64,000 nt of DNA from contig JBAMMA010000017.1 of NCBI GenBank assembly GCA_039794005.1, positions 144,752 through 208,751 of the forward strand, in the 5' to 3' direction. Below are positions 1 to 9,576 of the stretch, in pieces. The number at the start of each line of letters is the position of its first letter. The first letter of the stretch is position 1. Below the pieces are notes generated by a model, which was given only the letters and a program-made list of their open reading frames with translations, did no database searches and was not told where the DNA came from. The stretch comes from Thermoplasmata archaeon (GTDB lineage: Archaea; Thermoplasmatota; Thermoplasmata; Thermoplasmatales; ARK-15). The position numbers were made by a program, and so were the translations under genes.

Positions 1-397
1 CTTTCTGATACATTATAATTCCTAGCTTAAATTGATGTTTTAACAATTTAAATGTAATTGGTGATGATATGTTATATGGTATGTTAGATACGATCTTATC
101 AAACCTTGAAAATTCTTCCTTTAAAGCATCACCCAGTATTAATTTCAATTTGCCATCGTTAATTTCACTGAAAAAATATGTTCTTAAATATTCATAGAAT
201 TCCTTTGACTTTTCAATGGCATACACTTTTGCCCCTGATGATAACAATTCTGAAGTTAAAATTCCCATACCGGGGCCAATTTCAAGAACCTCTTCATTTT
301 CATTAATTTGAGCATATGAAACAATAATCTTCACTAAATTTTTATCCTTTAAAAGAACCTGACCATTCCTTTTCATTCTTATTCTTTCTGATATCAT
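1..397 (-). CDS. rsmA: 16S rRNA m6,2A dimethyltransferase (KsgA/Dim1), runs off the window start
   Basis: Not in the ORF track. Manual translation from ATG 397 gives MISERIRMKRNGQVLL...VLEIGPGMGILT...AIEK...GDAL...IVSNIPYNISSP. Follows DUF655 as in the conserved archaeal cluster. Confidence 0.93.
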   Translation of the reverse strand, partial: MISERIRMKRNGQVLLKDKNLVKIIVSYAQINENEEVLEIGPGMGILTSELLSSGAKVYAIEKSKEFYEYLRTYFFSEINDGKLKLILGDALKEEFSRFDKIVSNIPYNISSPITFKLLKHQFKLGIIMYQK

Positions 398-398
398 T

Positions 399-947
399 TT
401 ATTTTGCTACAAAGATCCTATATTTAATATTTCTGTCTTTTAACTCCTCTATTATCCTATTCACTATAAGTTTCTCAGGTGGATGTGGAAGCTTAACCCT
501 GCTCTGTAGGTCTTGAAAACTCTTAAATTCACCCTTTTTCCTTTCTTCTATTATTGCCCACATGGTCTTTTTACCTAGGCCTGGTAACAATTCGAGCATG
601 TGAAACCTCGTTGTTATTGGAGATGCCTTGTTGAAAAATTCTATGAATTTTTGTTCATGTTTTTTTACAATTTCCTCAAGAATATAAGGCAGTTCATTTT
701 GTGCTGCAACGGTCAAATCATCGTAAGTTATTCTTCTCCTTACACTTTCAATCTTTACCCTCTTTTCAATATCTTTCCCAATGTAGATCCTTTCACCTAT
801 AGATATCATCACATTTATCTTTGGGATAAGTTCAAAAAGTTTGAATTCAGATTCACCAATTGCTAATACCAATGGAGTTCTCTTAAAAGATTTTTCTTCC
901 AACCTACCTTGAGGTAAATAATCTAAAACGTATGCGTATTCCTCCAT
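399..947 (-). CDS. DUF655 family putative nucleic-acid-binding protein
   Basis: EEYAYVLDYLP start, RFHMLELLPGLGKK HhH motif; lies between rpoF and rsmA. Confidence 0.88.
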   Translation of the reverse strand: MEEYAYVLDYLPQGRLEEKSFKRTPLVLAIGESEFKLFELIPKINVMISIGERIYIGKDIEKRVKIESVRRRITYDDLTVAAQNELPYILEEIVKKHEQKFIEFFNKASPITTRFHMLELLPGLGKKTMWAIIEERKKGEFKSFQDLQSRVKLPHPPEKLIVNRIIEELKDRNIKYRIFVAK

Positions 948-953
948 CCCCCT

Positions 954-1268
954 TCACTCCCCTCTGAGTATTTCCAAAATCTTGTTTATCTGTTCTTCAG
1001 TTAAATCTTTCTTTTCTCTATAAAAAATACTTCTTACTTGCTCTGAATTTATTGGCATTATATCAACTAATTTAACGGCCATTTTTTCATTTACAAAATC
1101 AAGCTTAGTCAACCTTTTTACCAGTTCTTTTGCTTCCTCGGGCTTTGTTTTACTCAATGTTTTAACATAATTTAAAACGTCTTTTTGAAATTCGTTAATC
1201 TCCCTTTCCTTTGCAATATTTTCTAAAATTTCTTTTGTTTCCGCTATTGTTAAATATTTTCTTTCCAT
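954..1268 (-). CDS. rpoF: DNA-directed RNA polymerase subunit F (Rpo4)
   Basis: YLTIAETKEIL...AVKLVDIMP...VRSIF pattern; synteny with rpl21e. Confidence 0.88.
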   Translation of the reverse strand: MERKYLTIAETKEILENIAKEREINEFQKDVLNYVKTLSKTKPEEAKELVKRLTKLDFVNEKMAVKLVDIMPINSEQVRSIFYREKKDLTEEQINKILEILRGE

Positions 1269-1271
1269 GCC

Positions 1272-1562
1272 TCACACCTTCTTCAAATGTACAGGCATGG
1301 CTATTATCTTTTTCTTAACCCTATTTATATTTAATTCAACAATATATGCATCACCCTGCTTACCAGCAACAACGCCTACAAGACCCTGGAACCTATGGTG
1401 AGGCATTCCACTATGTATAGATGGCTCAATATCTATCGCCACCTTGTCACCTATTTCAAATTGCCTTAACATCCTTGTTATAGGTACAATCCCCTTTTCT
1501 CTAACGGATTTCATTAATTTCCTACCAGATCTAGACCTTGGTCCTCTCGACATTTCTGCCAT
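1272..1562 (-). CDS. rpl21e: 50S ribosomal protein L21e
   Basis: GDKVAIDIEPSIHSGMPHHRFQGLVG...PVHLK. Confidence 0.96.
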   Translation of the reverse strand: MAEMSRGPRSRSGRKLMKSVREKGIVPITRMLRQFEIGDKVAIDIEPSIHSGMPHHRFQGLVGVVAGKQGDAYIVELNINRVKKKIIAMPVHLKKV

Positions 1563-1564
1563 TT

Positions 1565-2731
1565 TTATCGTTCCTCCGGTTCCAGTATTTTAACTACATC
1601 AAGTCTTATTATTTTTATTTTTTGGTCAAGTATCGATGATATAGATGGATTCGTTCTACCATTATCTCCATGCACAAATTCTTTTACATATGTTCCCGGA
1701 TCTGTCTCTATCTCTAATATAATTTTTTTATCCTCAACATTTTTAATTTCTATCCTTCTTATACGTTTTTTTCTATGCATGTCTGACCTGCTTTTTATGA
1801 CCCTTAAAGGGGTTCTCTGATCTATTATTACATTTTCAAGAGATTTCAATTTTTTTACTATTTCTTCATTTGGTATTTCTTTTTCAAGCTCAATTTCCAG
1901 TTCATATACCTTCGGGTATTCTTTCGATTTTATTTCTTCAACTTCTTTAGAGCTTGAATATCTTAGGTCAAATATTTCAATTATACCTTTATTTTTTTCA
2001 TTCACTTCTTTTTCAATTTCCCTTAAATCATAATTCCTTATTTTTGGATTTGTTATTTCCAATATAAATGGCCTTCCATTTCCTAGCATTAATACATCAA
2101 CATCCTCTCTTCCTGCACCATGCAAATAAAATTTGTTACCTTTGAAATATTTAATTGCGATTTCTCCTATCCTTTCTTCCACAGATTTATCACCTTTATT
2201 GTGTATCCATCTTGTTTGTGGGATATTTCTCGAATATTTTCTATATCTACCATAAATGTATATCGACTTTGCTTTTATTTCAACTGAATAATAATCAACA
2301 TCTATGATGGCCGATAATTCTGGATCTTTTAAATCTACATTTTTGTTCATCCTATTACTGATTATTTTACCAATTTCTCTAGAAAGCTCATTCTTTATGC
2401 TTTCACCCATGTTTCCATATTTTTCATGTATCTTTTTTTCCTTTTCCAATACATTGTCATCTATTCTTATTCCAACTAGAAAGGTATTGAATTCATAATT
2501 CTTCATTTCATCAATAACTATTTCTGCATATTTTTCTAAATCATTAAAAATATTGTTGCATATGTAACATTTTTCTATTTTTAATTCACCTATATTTAAA
2601 TTATTTTCCATGGAATATAAAATCCTTATGGCCCTTCCTCTCTCCTTATTTGTAAGACCATGCCCCATCATGGCATAAATCCTTCCTAAACATGAATCAC
2701 ATAATTCATTGATCTCTTCAGGGTATTGCAT
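1565..2731 (-). CDS. pus10: tRNA pseudouridine(54/55) synthase Pus10
   Basis: LCDSCLGR, GRYRKYSRNIPQTRW, HGAGREDVDV, GTYVKEFVHGDNGRT. Confidence 0.95.
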   Translation of the reverse strand: MQYPEEINELCDSCLGRIYAMMGHGLTNKERGRAIRILYSMENNLNIGELKIEKCYICNNIFNDLEKYAEIVIDEMKNYEFNTFLVGIRIDDNVLEKEKKIHEKYGNMGESIKNELSREIGKIISNRMNKNVDLKDPELSAIIDVDYYSVEIKAKSIYIYGRYRKYSRNIPQTRWIHNKGDKSVEERIGEIAIKYFKGNKFYLHGAGREDVDVLMLGNGRPFILEITNPKIRNYDLREIEKEVNEKNKGIIEIFDLRYSSSKEVEEIKSKEYPKVYELEIELEKEIPNEEIVKKLKSLENVIIDQRTPLRVIKSRSDMHRKKRIRRIEIKNVEDKKIILEIETDPGTYVKEFVHGDNGRTNPSISSILDQKIKIIRLDVVKILEPEER

Positions 2732-3479
2732 GATTTATAGATGATGTAAAAATATTTAATTCTATTTTATGATTTTAAGTTAATCAATAAAAAATTTTTT
2801 TAATTTAAGAATTGAAAATATAAATAAAGGTTGAATTAGAGGATTTTTTAATACCAAAGAAAATGTTTTGTTGTATTGGATATATAAAAATCTCTTTAAC
2901 AAGATATTTAAAAAAAGGAATTTATAGAAAAATTAAAAACTTTGATTGAGCATTTTTCTAAAATACAAATATTTTTACAGAGATAAATCCCTTAAATGAA
3001 ATGTATGAATCACATGCAAGAAATTTTTTATAAATATGTTTTTAACATTGAGAAATTTATGGAGAAATTAAGCCAATGGATTGTGATTTTTCAGTAAAAA
3101 TACAGCACGTATATTCATTGGCAAAAATTTGATTATATGATAATAAATGCTGTAATAACAACAATTGTATTTACATGTATTTTACAGAAATTGAAAGATG
3201 AGAAAGAAATTCATTTAATATCTATTTTTGCCTGAATTCCTGAAAATGCAGTTTTATCGAAAAACAAAGGGGAACATGAAAATTCTTTGATGAATATGGA
3301 AAATGATTGTTCTAATGAAATTAACAGATTTGATAAAGTATTGGAAATAATTTCTTAAAACATTCAAATAACATAATTTTGCCATTTGGTATAATTAGGG
3401 GTTAAGTTTAAATATGATGGTATTATCAGGATTATCTGTTAAAATTGGAGGTGAAAATAATTTATGGAGGATGCTGAAG

Positions 3480-3857
3480 ATGGCCGTGGGAATACATATA
3501 ATTGCGGATTTTTACGGCGTTGATGAAAATACGATAGCATATGTTGAATCAATGAAGCCAATTTTTGAAGAATCTGTTAAGTATGCTAAGCTAACTAAGA
3601 TTTCTTCAGATTATTATCAATTTAGGCCAAGGGGATGTAGTGGTATTATACTTTTGGCGGAATCCCATATTAGTTTTCATACTTGGCCTGAGCATGGTTT
3701 GATTACACTCGATATTTATACTTGTGGCGATCCAAATCAGGCTTTTATAGCTCTTGACTATTTTCAAAAGACGTTCAAGCCAACAAAGATTTCACAAATA
3801 GTGATTGAAAGGGGAACAGAAGTAATAGATGAAAAAAGTGTGGAGATAAAGATCTGA
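3480..3857 (+). CDS. speD: S-adenosylmethionine decarboxylase proenzyme (pyruvoyl-dependent)
   Basis: [13 protein letters not shown] cleavage motif, DIYTCG. Start placed at ATG 3480 after GGAGG (3466-3470); ORF track starts at 3414. Confidence 0.9.
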   Translation: MAVGIHIIADFYGVDENTIAYVESMKPIFEESVKYAKLTKISSDYYQFRPRGCSGIILLAESHISFHTWPEHGLITLDIYTCGDPNQAFIALDYFQKTFKPTKISQIVIERGTEVIDEKSVEIKI

Positions 3858-3858
3858 A

Positions 3859-4404
3859 ATGTTAACGATAATACCAAACAAGGTTTTTTTTACAAAAGGC
3901 GTTGGAAGGCATACCAGCGAACTTGGATCTTTTGAAAGGGCCTTAAGGGATGCAGGTATTGCCCAATTTAACTTGGTTGAAGTTTCCTCAATTTTTCCAC
4001 CAAATGCAGAGATAGTTTCTAAAGAGGAGGGATTAAAATATTTAAAACCTGGCCAGATACTTTACGTTGTATTGGCTAGGAATTCAAGCAATGAATTAAA
4101 CAGGCTGATCTCAGCATCTGTTGGTTTGGCAATACCAAAGGATAGAAACATGTATGGATATTTAAGTGAACATCACAGTTTTGGGGAAACTGAGCAAACA
4201 GCAGGAAATTTTGCAGAGGAACTTGCTGCTGAAATGCTTGCATCAACGCTTGGAATAGATCATCACCTCGTATGGGACGAGGAAATAAATACTTGGAAAC
4301 TTGATGATAGGATATTGTTAACTCAAAATATAACATCTACAGCCGTAGTTGAAAAGCCTGGAGAATGGACTACGGTGATTGCTGCAGCAGTTCTGATTCC
4401 ATAA
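3859..4404 (+). CDS. pdaD: pyruvoyl-dependent arginine decarboxylase
   Basis: [31 protein letters not shown]; in an operon with speD. Confidence 0.9.
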   Translation: MLTIIPNKVFFTKGVGRHTSELGSFERALRDAGIAQFNLVEVSSIFPPNAEIVSKEEGLKYLKPGQILYVVLARNSSNELNRLISASVGLAIPKDRNMYGYLSEHHSFGETEQTAGNFAEELAAEMLASTLGIDHHLVWDEEINTWKLDDRILLTQNITSTAVVEKPGEWTTVIAAAVLIP

Positions 4405-5287
4405 ATTTTTTAGCTAAATTGTGAGCGGGCCTGATTGGGTCTATGTGATTTAATATTTCTTTACCAATTTTATATGCTCTTCTTAAAGAAATGTGATTTC
4501 CTGGTGAAACATATCTATTTTTAATTTTAAAGCCAATAATTTCTTTTTGATCATATATCATTTCATCGATCAATTTGCCAAATAGAAGTGATTTTGCAAT
4601 ACCTAATGTTGGTTTATCCCATAATATGCCCAGAAATGATGCAAGTCCTATTCTACGTGGATGAAGAATCCCGTTTCCGTCCAATATTCCCAATCCTTCA
4701 GGTATATGATCTAATAAAAGAATTCCTTCTCTATATGACAAATATGTTGGTATATATGGAAAATTGACAATTTTTTTTATGAGTGTATAATCTTCAATTT
4801 TGTAATTTTTAAATTTAACAATAGCAATATATGCATTTCTATCATTATATGATACATCGTATGAATAAATATAATCAAAATCCACATCCTTCAATTCAAG
4901 CTTTTTTAATAGTTCATTTTCGAATTCCCTTATCTTTTTTAATGGATAGTTTGTCCTGAATTCTCTGAATCTTATCTTATCAAATCCTACTATTCTGTTA
5001 TTTTCTACCTTGATTCCTTCAGATTCTAATAGTTCAATCTTTTTCTTTATACCATTTGGATGTGTGAAACCTCCGATTGTTCCATCGCTCTTTACTACCC
5101 TATGACAGGGTATAACAATTGGGTTCGGATTTTTTGATAGCATTTCACCAACTGCCCTCGACGCTATTATGTCCCCTAATGCAGTTGCAAGGTCACCATA
5201 TGTTGATACCATTCCTCTAGGTATTTGCTTCACCAATTCATAAAAATATGAATAAAGATCGATTTTTATTTCTGAAATATCCATCAT
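4370..5287 (-). CDS. O6-alkylguanine-DNA alkyltransferase / endonuclease V fusion (AGT-EndoV)
   Basis: N-terminal [13 protein letters not shown]...PCHRVV; C-terminal DVSY...[12 protein letters not shown]...[15 protein letters not shown]...GIAKSLL...YVSPG. Confidence 0.9.
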   Translation of the reverse strand: MMDISEIKIDLYSYFYELVKQIPRGMVSTYGDLATALGDIIASRAVGEMLSKNPNPIVIPCHRVVKSDGTIGGFTHPNGIKKKIELLESEGIKVENNRIVGFDKIRFREFRTNYPLKKIREFENELLKKLELKDVDFDYIYSYDVSYNDRNAYIAIVKFKNYKIEDYTLIKKIVNFPYIPTYLSYREGILLLDHIPEGLGILDGNGILHPRRIGLASFLGILWDKPTLGIAKSLLFGKLIDEMIYDQKEIIGFKIKNRYVSPGNHISLRRAYKIGKEILNHIDPIRPAHNLAKKFMESELLQQSP

Positions 5288-5300
5288 AAAAATATGTTAT

Positions 5301-6851
5301 TCAGAATATTTCATTTTTTCCCATCAATTCTATTTCATATTGTGAGAGGGGGATTTTAATAGGGATTCTAATATGCTGAGATATCATGAATGCTTCACTT
5401 CCATCTTTTCCAGGGCCTTTTAAATTTTCTATATATTTTATTTCATTTTTATTTAAAGAATAAAAATTTTCCATATCTTCTGAAACTTCATTATGTCTAA
5501 ATATAACATGAATTAGGGAATTGTGCATCATGGTTTTCCCTTTTTCATTTTTCAATAAATCATCCGATTTTTGCGTGATTAAATTTATGGATGTTTTATA
5601 TCTCCTTACATGTCTGAACATCATGTCTAAAATATTCAATAATTCCTCATCCTTCATTATTTTCCATGCCTCGTCTATTACTAAGAATTTTCTTGAATCA
5701 TTTTTTAAAATTGGGATTATAGAATTTAATATTATTTTGATTGATATATAAAAATCCATTTCCTTGATTTTTGAAAAATCAAAAATTATTCCATTTTCCG
5801 GTATTTTATTATTACCAAATAAAAATTTCCCGTATTGGGTATCATAAAAATCGGATATATATGATTTCAAATTTTTTCCTATACTATCTTTAGAATTTAT
5901 TGACTTTAAAATCTTTTGAGCATTACAGTTTACACAACTTTTTATACTTTTTGAAAAATATATCTTTTCTCTTTCACTTAAATGGAAAATGGATGAAAAT
6001 AATGACGATATTCTTTCAACATATTCATCCAGTGATTCACTTTCAAACCTTGTAAATACATCTGGAATATCATCATCGTTTAAATTTGAATATTTAATAT
6101 CCAAGAATTTTGATAAATTTTTATATTCTCCCAATGGATCGATTATAAAATATTTCGTGTTTTTGTAGGATAATTTTTCCCTCATCATTACCATTTTTAC
6201 GAAATGGGATTTACCATAACCTGTAGAACCTGTTATTATGCCATGAGAAGCTGGAAATTCCCATCTGTTAAAGATTATTGGCATATTGTTATAATAATGA
6301 AAGCCGATTAAAATGCCATTTTCCATTATTATTCCATTTCCAGGAAATGGAAATAGGTATGATATTCCATGTGTATGTAATTTTCTACCTTCACTGTTAT
6401 CTGGAGGCATTATGAATTTTTTGTGCTTGTTAAAAATATCGAATTTGTATCTTTTTATTTTAAATTTTTTGGATTTGTATTTGTTTATTATATTATGATA
6501 TTCTTTACCTTTGATATAAATTATAAAATTTACATCGTATAAATGGCCCTTTCCGGATATTATATACTCCAATAACGATTTGGCAGAAACTAATTTATTT
6601 TTGTTCTTTATAATGCTGGAAAAATTTTTACTATTTATTGCAGGAAAAATTCTCTGCGATTCAGACTCTAAAATTTTTATTGAAAAATTGTCGCTTATGC
6701 TCTTAATATCAATTCTCATCGAATGTGGTTCCTCTGTCAGTATTTCAGATAATTCCGAAAATTTTATCCTTGCTGGAAGGTCCAATTCAAAATAACTTAT
6801 ATTGTTTTTACCTTTTTCTATTCTATCCTTTAATATTTTCATTTTTATCAC
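5301..6851 (-). CDS. VirB4/TraC/CedB-like ATPase (HerA/FtsK superfamily)
   Basis: Walker A HGIITGSTGYGKS, IIDPLGEY, Walker B LVIDEAW, RHVRRY...LITQ. Confidence 0.85.
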   Translation of the reverse strand: MIKMKILKDRIEKGKNNISYFELDLPARIKFSELSEILTEEPHSMRIDIKSISDNFSIKILESESQRIFPAINSKNFSSIIKNKNKLVSAKSLLEYIISGKGHLYDVNFIIYIKGKEYHNIINKYKSKKFKIKRYKFDIFNKHKKFIMPPDNSEGRKLHTHGISYLFPFPGNGIIMENGILIGFHYYNNMPIIFNRWEFPASHGIITGSTGYGKSHFVKMVMMREKLSYKNTKYFIIDPLGEYKNLSKFLDIKYSNLNDDDIPDVFTRFESESLDEYVERISSLFSSIFHLSEREKIYFSKSIKSCVNCNAQKILKSINSKDSIGKNLKSYISDFYDTQYGKFLFGNNKIPENGIIFDFSKIKEMDFYISIKIILNSIIPILKNDSRKFLVIDEAWKIMKDEELLNILDMMFRHVRRYKTSINLITQKSDDLLKNEKGKTMMHNSLIHVIFRHNEVSEDMENFYSLNKNEIKYIENLKGPGKDGSEAFMISQHIRIPIKIPLSQYEIELMGKNEIF

Positions 6852-7116
6852 CCAAGATTACAATCAAAATATATGTTAGAGAGACAAAAATGAATACATA
6901 ATTTATAAAAAAGAAAAGAAAAGTTATGAATATTAAGAAAGAAACTATTGAATATAAAAATTGATTTTTTAAAATGAAATATAAAAAGATTAAAGATGCA
7001 TTCATTAATATTATTCCAAATATGTTTTTCGATATATAGGAATATAAAATCGAAATTGAAAGGGACAATAGTAAAAAATCTCTATAAAATTTCAACATAA
7101 TGACCAAAGCCTCCAT
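6823..7116 (-). CDS. small multi-pass membrane protein in T4SS-like cluster
   Basis: 97 aa, almost entirely hydrophobic; overlaps both neighbours. Confidence 0.55.
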   Translation of the reverse strand: MEALVIMLKFYRDFLLLSLSISILYSYISKNIFGIILMNASLIFLYFILKNQFLYSIVSFLIFITFLFFFINYVFIFVSLTYILIVILGDKNENIKG

Positions 7117-7823
7117 ATAGAATATGAAAATTCATCAACTTTCATTTTATTAAAATTAAATTCGAATGATGATATATTTGAAATAATTTTTTCAAGAGAT
7201 TCCAATTCTTCAACGTTTCCGTTTTTTGATGAAAAAACAATGAATGTTTTTAAAAATACCCTCTTTTCAAAATTATTATTAATTAAAATTTTAATTTCAT
7301 TAGAATATTCATTTTCAATTTCGAATCTAATGTCTGGAATTTCATCGTATAAATTAAAAATAGTTATGTCAAAGTTCGTTAAATTTAAAATCTCTATGAA
7401 TTTTTCCTTTAATTCTTCCTTCTTTTCATCATCTAAAAATTCACTGCCTACATATTTTACTGAATATGAAACAGATAATTTATCATTCCATTTAAATATA
7501 AATTCATTTACTTTTCTTATAGATGCATATTTTTCAATCTCAAATTCTTTAACGTTTTTTCTTGATAAAATATAATAAAAATTTTTGTATAATGTAACAT
7601 CAATATATTCTCCTCTCACCTTTATTAATGGTATTAATATTAAAATAATTATAATTATCAGAATTACAAATTCTTTTGTCAAATAAAAAAGCAAAATAAA
7701 TGGAGTTGATAGAATTATTGAATTTTTAATTTTGGATATTGGAAAATTCATTATAAAAATATCGTTCATTATATTTTCTGGAATATCTATCTCCTTCATT
7801 TTAGAATAACACCAGCGAACCAA
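7092..7823 (-). CDS. PrgI/VirB3-like membrane protein with soluble C-terminal domain
   Basis: KEIDIPENI...two adjacent TM segments, then about 170 soluble residues; lies between the VirB6-like and VirB4-like genes. True start is probably the later Met (MKEIDIP). Confidence 0.55.
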   Translation of the reverse strand: MVRWCYSKMKEIDIPENIMNDIFIMNFPISKIKNSIILSTPFILLFYLTKEFVILIIIIILILIPLIKVRGEYIDVTLYKNFYYILSRKNVKEFEIEKYASIRKVNEFIFKWNDKLSVSYSVKYVGSEFLDDEKKEELKEKFIEILNLTNFDITIFNLYDEIPDIRFEIENEYSNEIKILINNNFEKRVFLKTFIVFSSKNGNVEELESLEKIISNISSFEFNFNKMKVDEFSYSIWRLWSLC

Positions 7824-8805
7824 TCATTTCAATTCCATTTGAAATAATATCCTTGGCTTTTAAAAGTATACCAAACCTTGGAAATAGAGAATATCCCGTG
7901 GGATAACCCATCCTGGACATTGAAAATGTAACTACATATGGTATAAGCATTGATACCAATAGTATCGCTATCCAAAACAATGGATCTTGAATTATTCCCA
8001 TCAGCATAATCAAAGGGGCCATAAATATTATTTCTATACTTCTATCTATGAACGTAAGCCACATTCTTTTTCCTATTTCATATGTTCCATTGAATGTTAA
8101 AAATATTGAGAACAGAGGGAGAAACATAATGAAAAAATATATCCACACAATTCTCATAACTAGTACAATTGTGAATGCTAGCACTACTGTAAATAACGTT
8201 AATAATATCAATAATTCCAAAAGATTGTTTTCGGTATATGCAAAATATATATAGTTATTTAAAAAATAGTTGAAAGGCCATAATTCTAGATCTGATATTC
8301 CTTGGTATGGATTTGGTGTTCCTGACCAATTTATCTGCATTCCTGAATAAAAATAAATATATATTGCTCTCAACAATGAAAATAAAAGATCTGATATTAT
8401 TAAAGAAAAATAGGCCAAAATGATTCCTAAGACTATATTAAATAAATAGTCGTTCCTTTCATGAAAAATAAATTGCTTTTTCCAAAGATAATAGAATCCT
8501 GAAAATATTATGAATATAGAAATTGAAGGAGACACTATATAATTTAATATTAAATAATTGATGTTTACTGCAAAGTCCATACCTATCTGAGAAAATATTG
8601 GATAAATCGATGATTCATTTTTATAATACAATGGATTTAATGGAGGTATTTGACCATTTATCAATATTTGTGGAAATGCAAAATTTGGATTAAGCAATGG
8701 AAATGTAAAAGAAGCCCATATTATTGCCAATCCAAAAATTAATGCAGAATTTATTGTTGATAAAAAATCGAATAAAATTAAATTTATTGCTGTTGATAAT
8801 GCCAT
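7801..8805 (-). CDS. VirB6/TrbL/CedA-like polytopic membrane protein
   Basis: About 7 hydrophobic segments; MRIVWIYFFIMFLPLFSIFLTF...KRMW matches the R-x(n)-P-L...W pattern of VirB6-like proteins. Confidence 0.65.
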   Translation of the reverse strand: MALSTAINLILFDFLSTINSALIFGLAIIWASFTFPLLNPNFAFPQILINGQIPPLNPLYYKNESSIYPIFSQIGMDFAVNINYLILNYIVSPSISIFIIFSGFYYLWKKQFIFHERNDYLFNIVLGIILAYFSLIISDLLFSLLRAIYIYFYSGMQINWSGTPNPYQGISDLELWPFNYFLNNYIYFAYTENNLLELLILLTLFTVVLAFTIVLVMRIVWIYFFIMFLPLFSIFLTFNGTYEIGKRMWLTFIDRSIEIIFMAPLIMLMGIIQDPLFWIAILLVSMLIPYVVTFSMSRMGYPTGYSLFPRFGILLKAKDIISNGIEMIGSLVLF

Positions 8806-8808
8806 AAT

Positions 8809-9150
8809 TCATCCTGTTGCAATGAAACTTATTATATTGACTATGGTTGAGGCACCTAGAACTATGAATGATGCAAGCAACATTATAGGCAAATCATGTT
8901 TAAATTTCATTATACCCTCTCTATCATCTTTGTGGAAGAATAAAAATAATCCTTCATATATCCAGAATATAGCAAGTATGGATCCAGCAATTGTGTTAAC
9001 GACTATGGTTAATCTCGATATAACTTCTTTTAATTGCTGTGTGGCATTTTCTTGAATATTTATAGTATAATGGCTGCCTTCATTGAACACATATTGGTTA
9101 TTCCCTATTGTGGATAATATAAATAAGGCTATTATTAAATAATGAATCAT
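8809..9150 (-). CDS. VirB2/TrbC-like pilin precursor
   Basis: 113 aa: N-terminal signal-like segment, then two hydrophobic helices separated by the charged loop HKDDREGIMKFKHD; first gene of the cluster. Confidence 0.6.
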   Translation of the reverse strand: MIHYLIIALFILSTIGNNQYVFNEGSHYTINIQENATQQLKEVISRLTIVVNTIAGSILAIFWIYEGLFLFFHKDDREGIMKFKHDLPIMLLASFIVLGASTIVNIISFIATG

Positions 9151-9185
9151 GATTTTTAGATTAATTTTATTTATATAAAACTTTC

Positions 9186-9230
9186 TTTATAAATTTTATA
9201 ATTTTTATGATTTTTATAAATTTTATATTT
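9186..9230. repeat. five tandem 9-bp direct repeats (consensus TTTATAAWT), candidate operator
   Basis: TTTATAAAT TTTATAATT TTTATGATT TTTATAAAT TTTATATTT in the divergent intergenic region. Confidence 0.55.
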
Positions 9231-9333
9231 CACGTTTGAAAAATTTTCAGAAAAATATTAATTCTTGTATTTATTTTTCATGATTTTTTCCATTTTTCTA
9301 AAAATTTAAATATTATTTTTTATAAGGTATATT

Positions 9334-9576
9334 ATGGTTGAATCGCGAGCGTCAATAGGGGTAAAGCATTCAACTAAGGAATTATTGACATATGTATCTG
9401 CACAGGTCCAGAGCGAGGTTGAGAGGGGAGATATAACATGGGACGAATTTCTGATTTATTTAGCAATAAAATATTTGGACAATAAAGGAATATCATTTAA
9501 TGAAATATTAAAGAAATTAAATATTGATGTTGAAGAATTTGAAAGGGTAAGCAAAAGAGTTCAAGTGATGAAATGA
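9334..9576 (+). CDS. small ribbon-helix-helix-like DNA-binding protein
   Basis: ASIGVKHSTKELL...TWDEFLIYL strand-helix-helix pattern; ATGA overlap with the next gene. Confidence 0.55.
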   Translation: MVESRASIGVKHSTKELLTYVSAQVQSEVERGDITWDEFLIYLAIKYLDNKGISFNEILKKLNIDVEEFERVSKRVQVMK

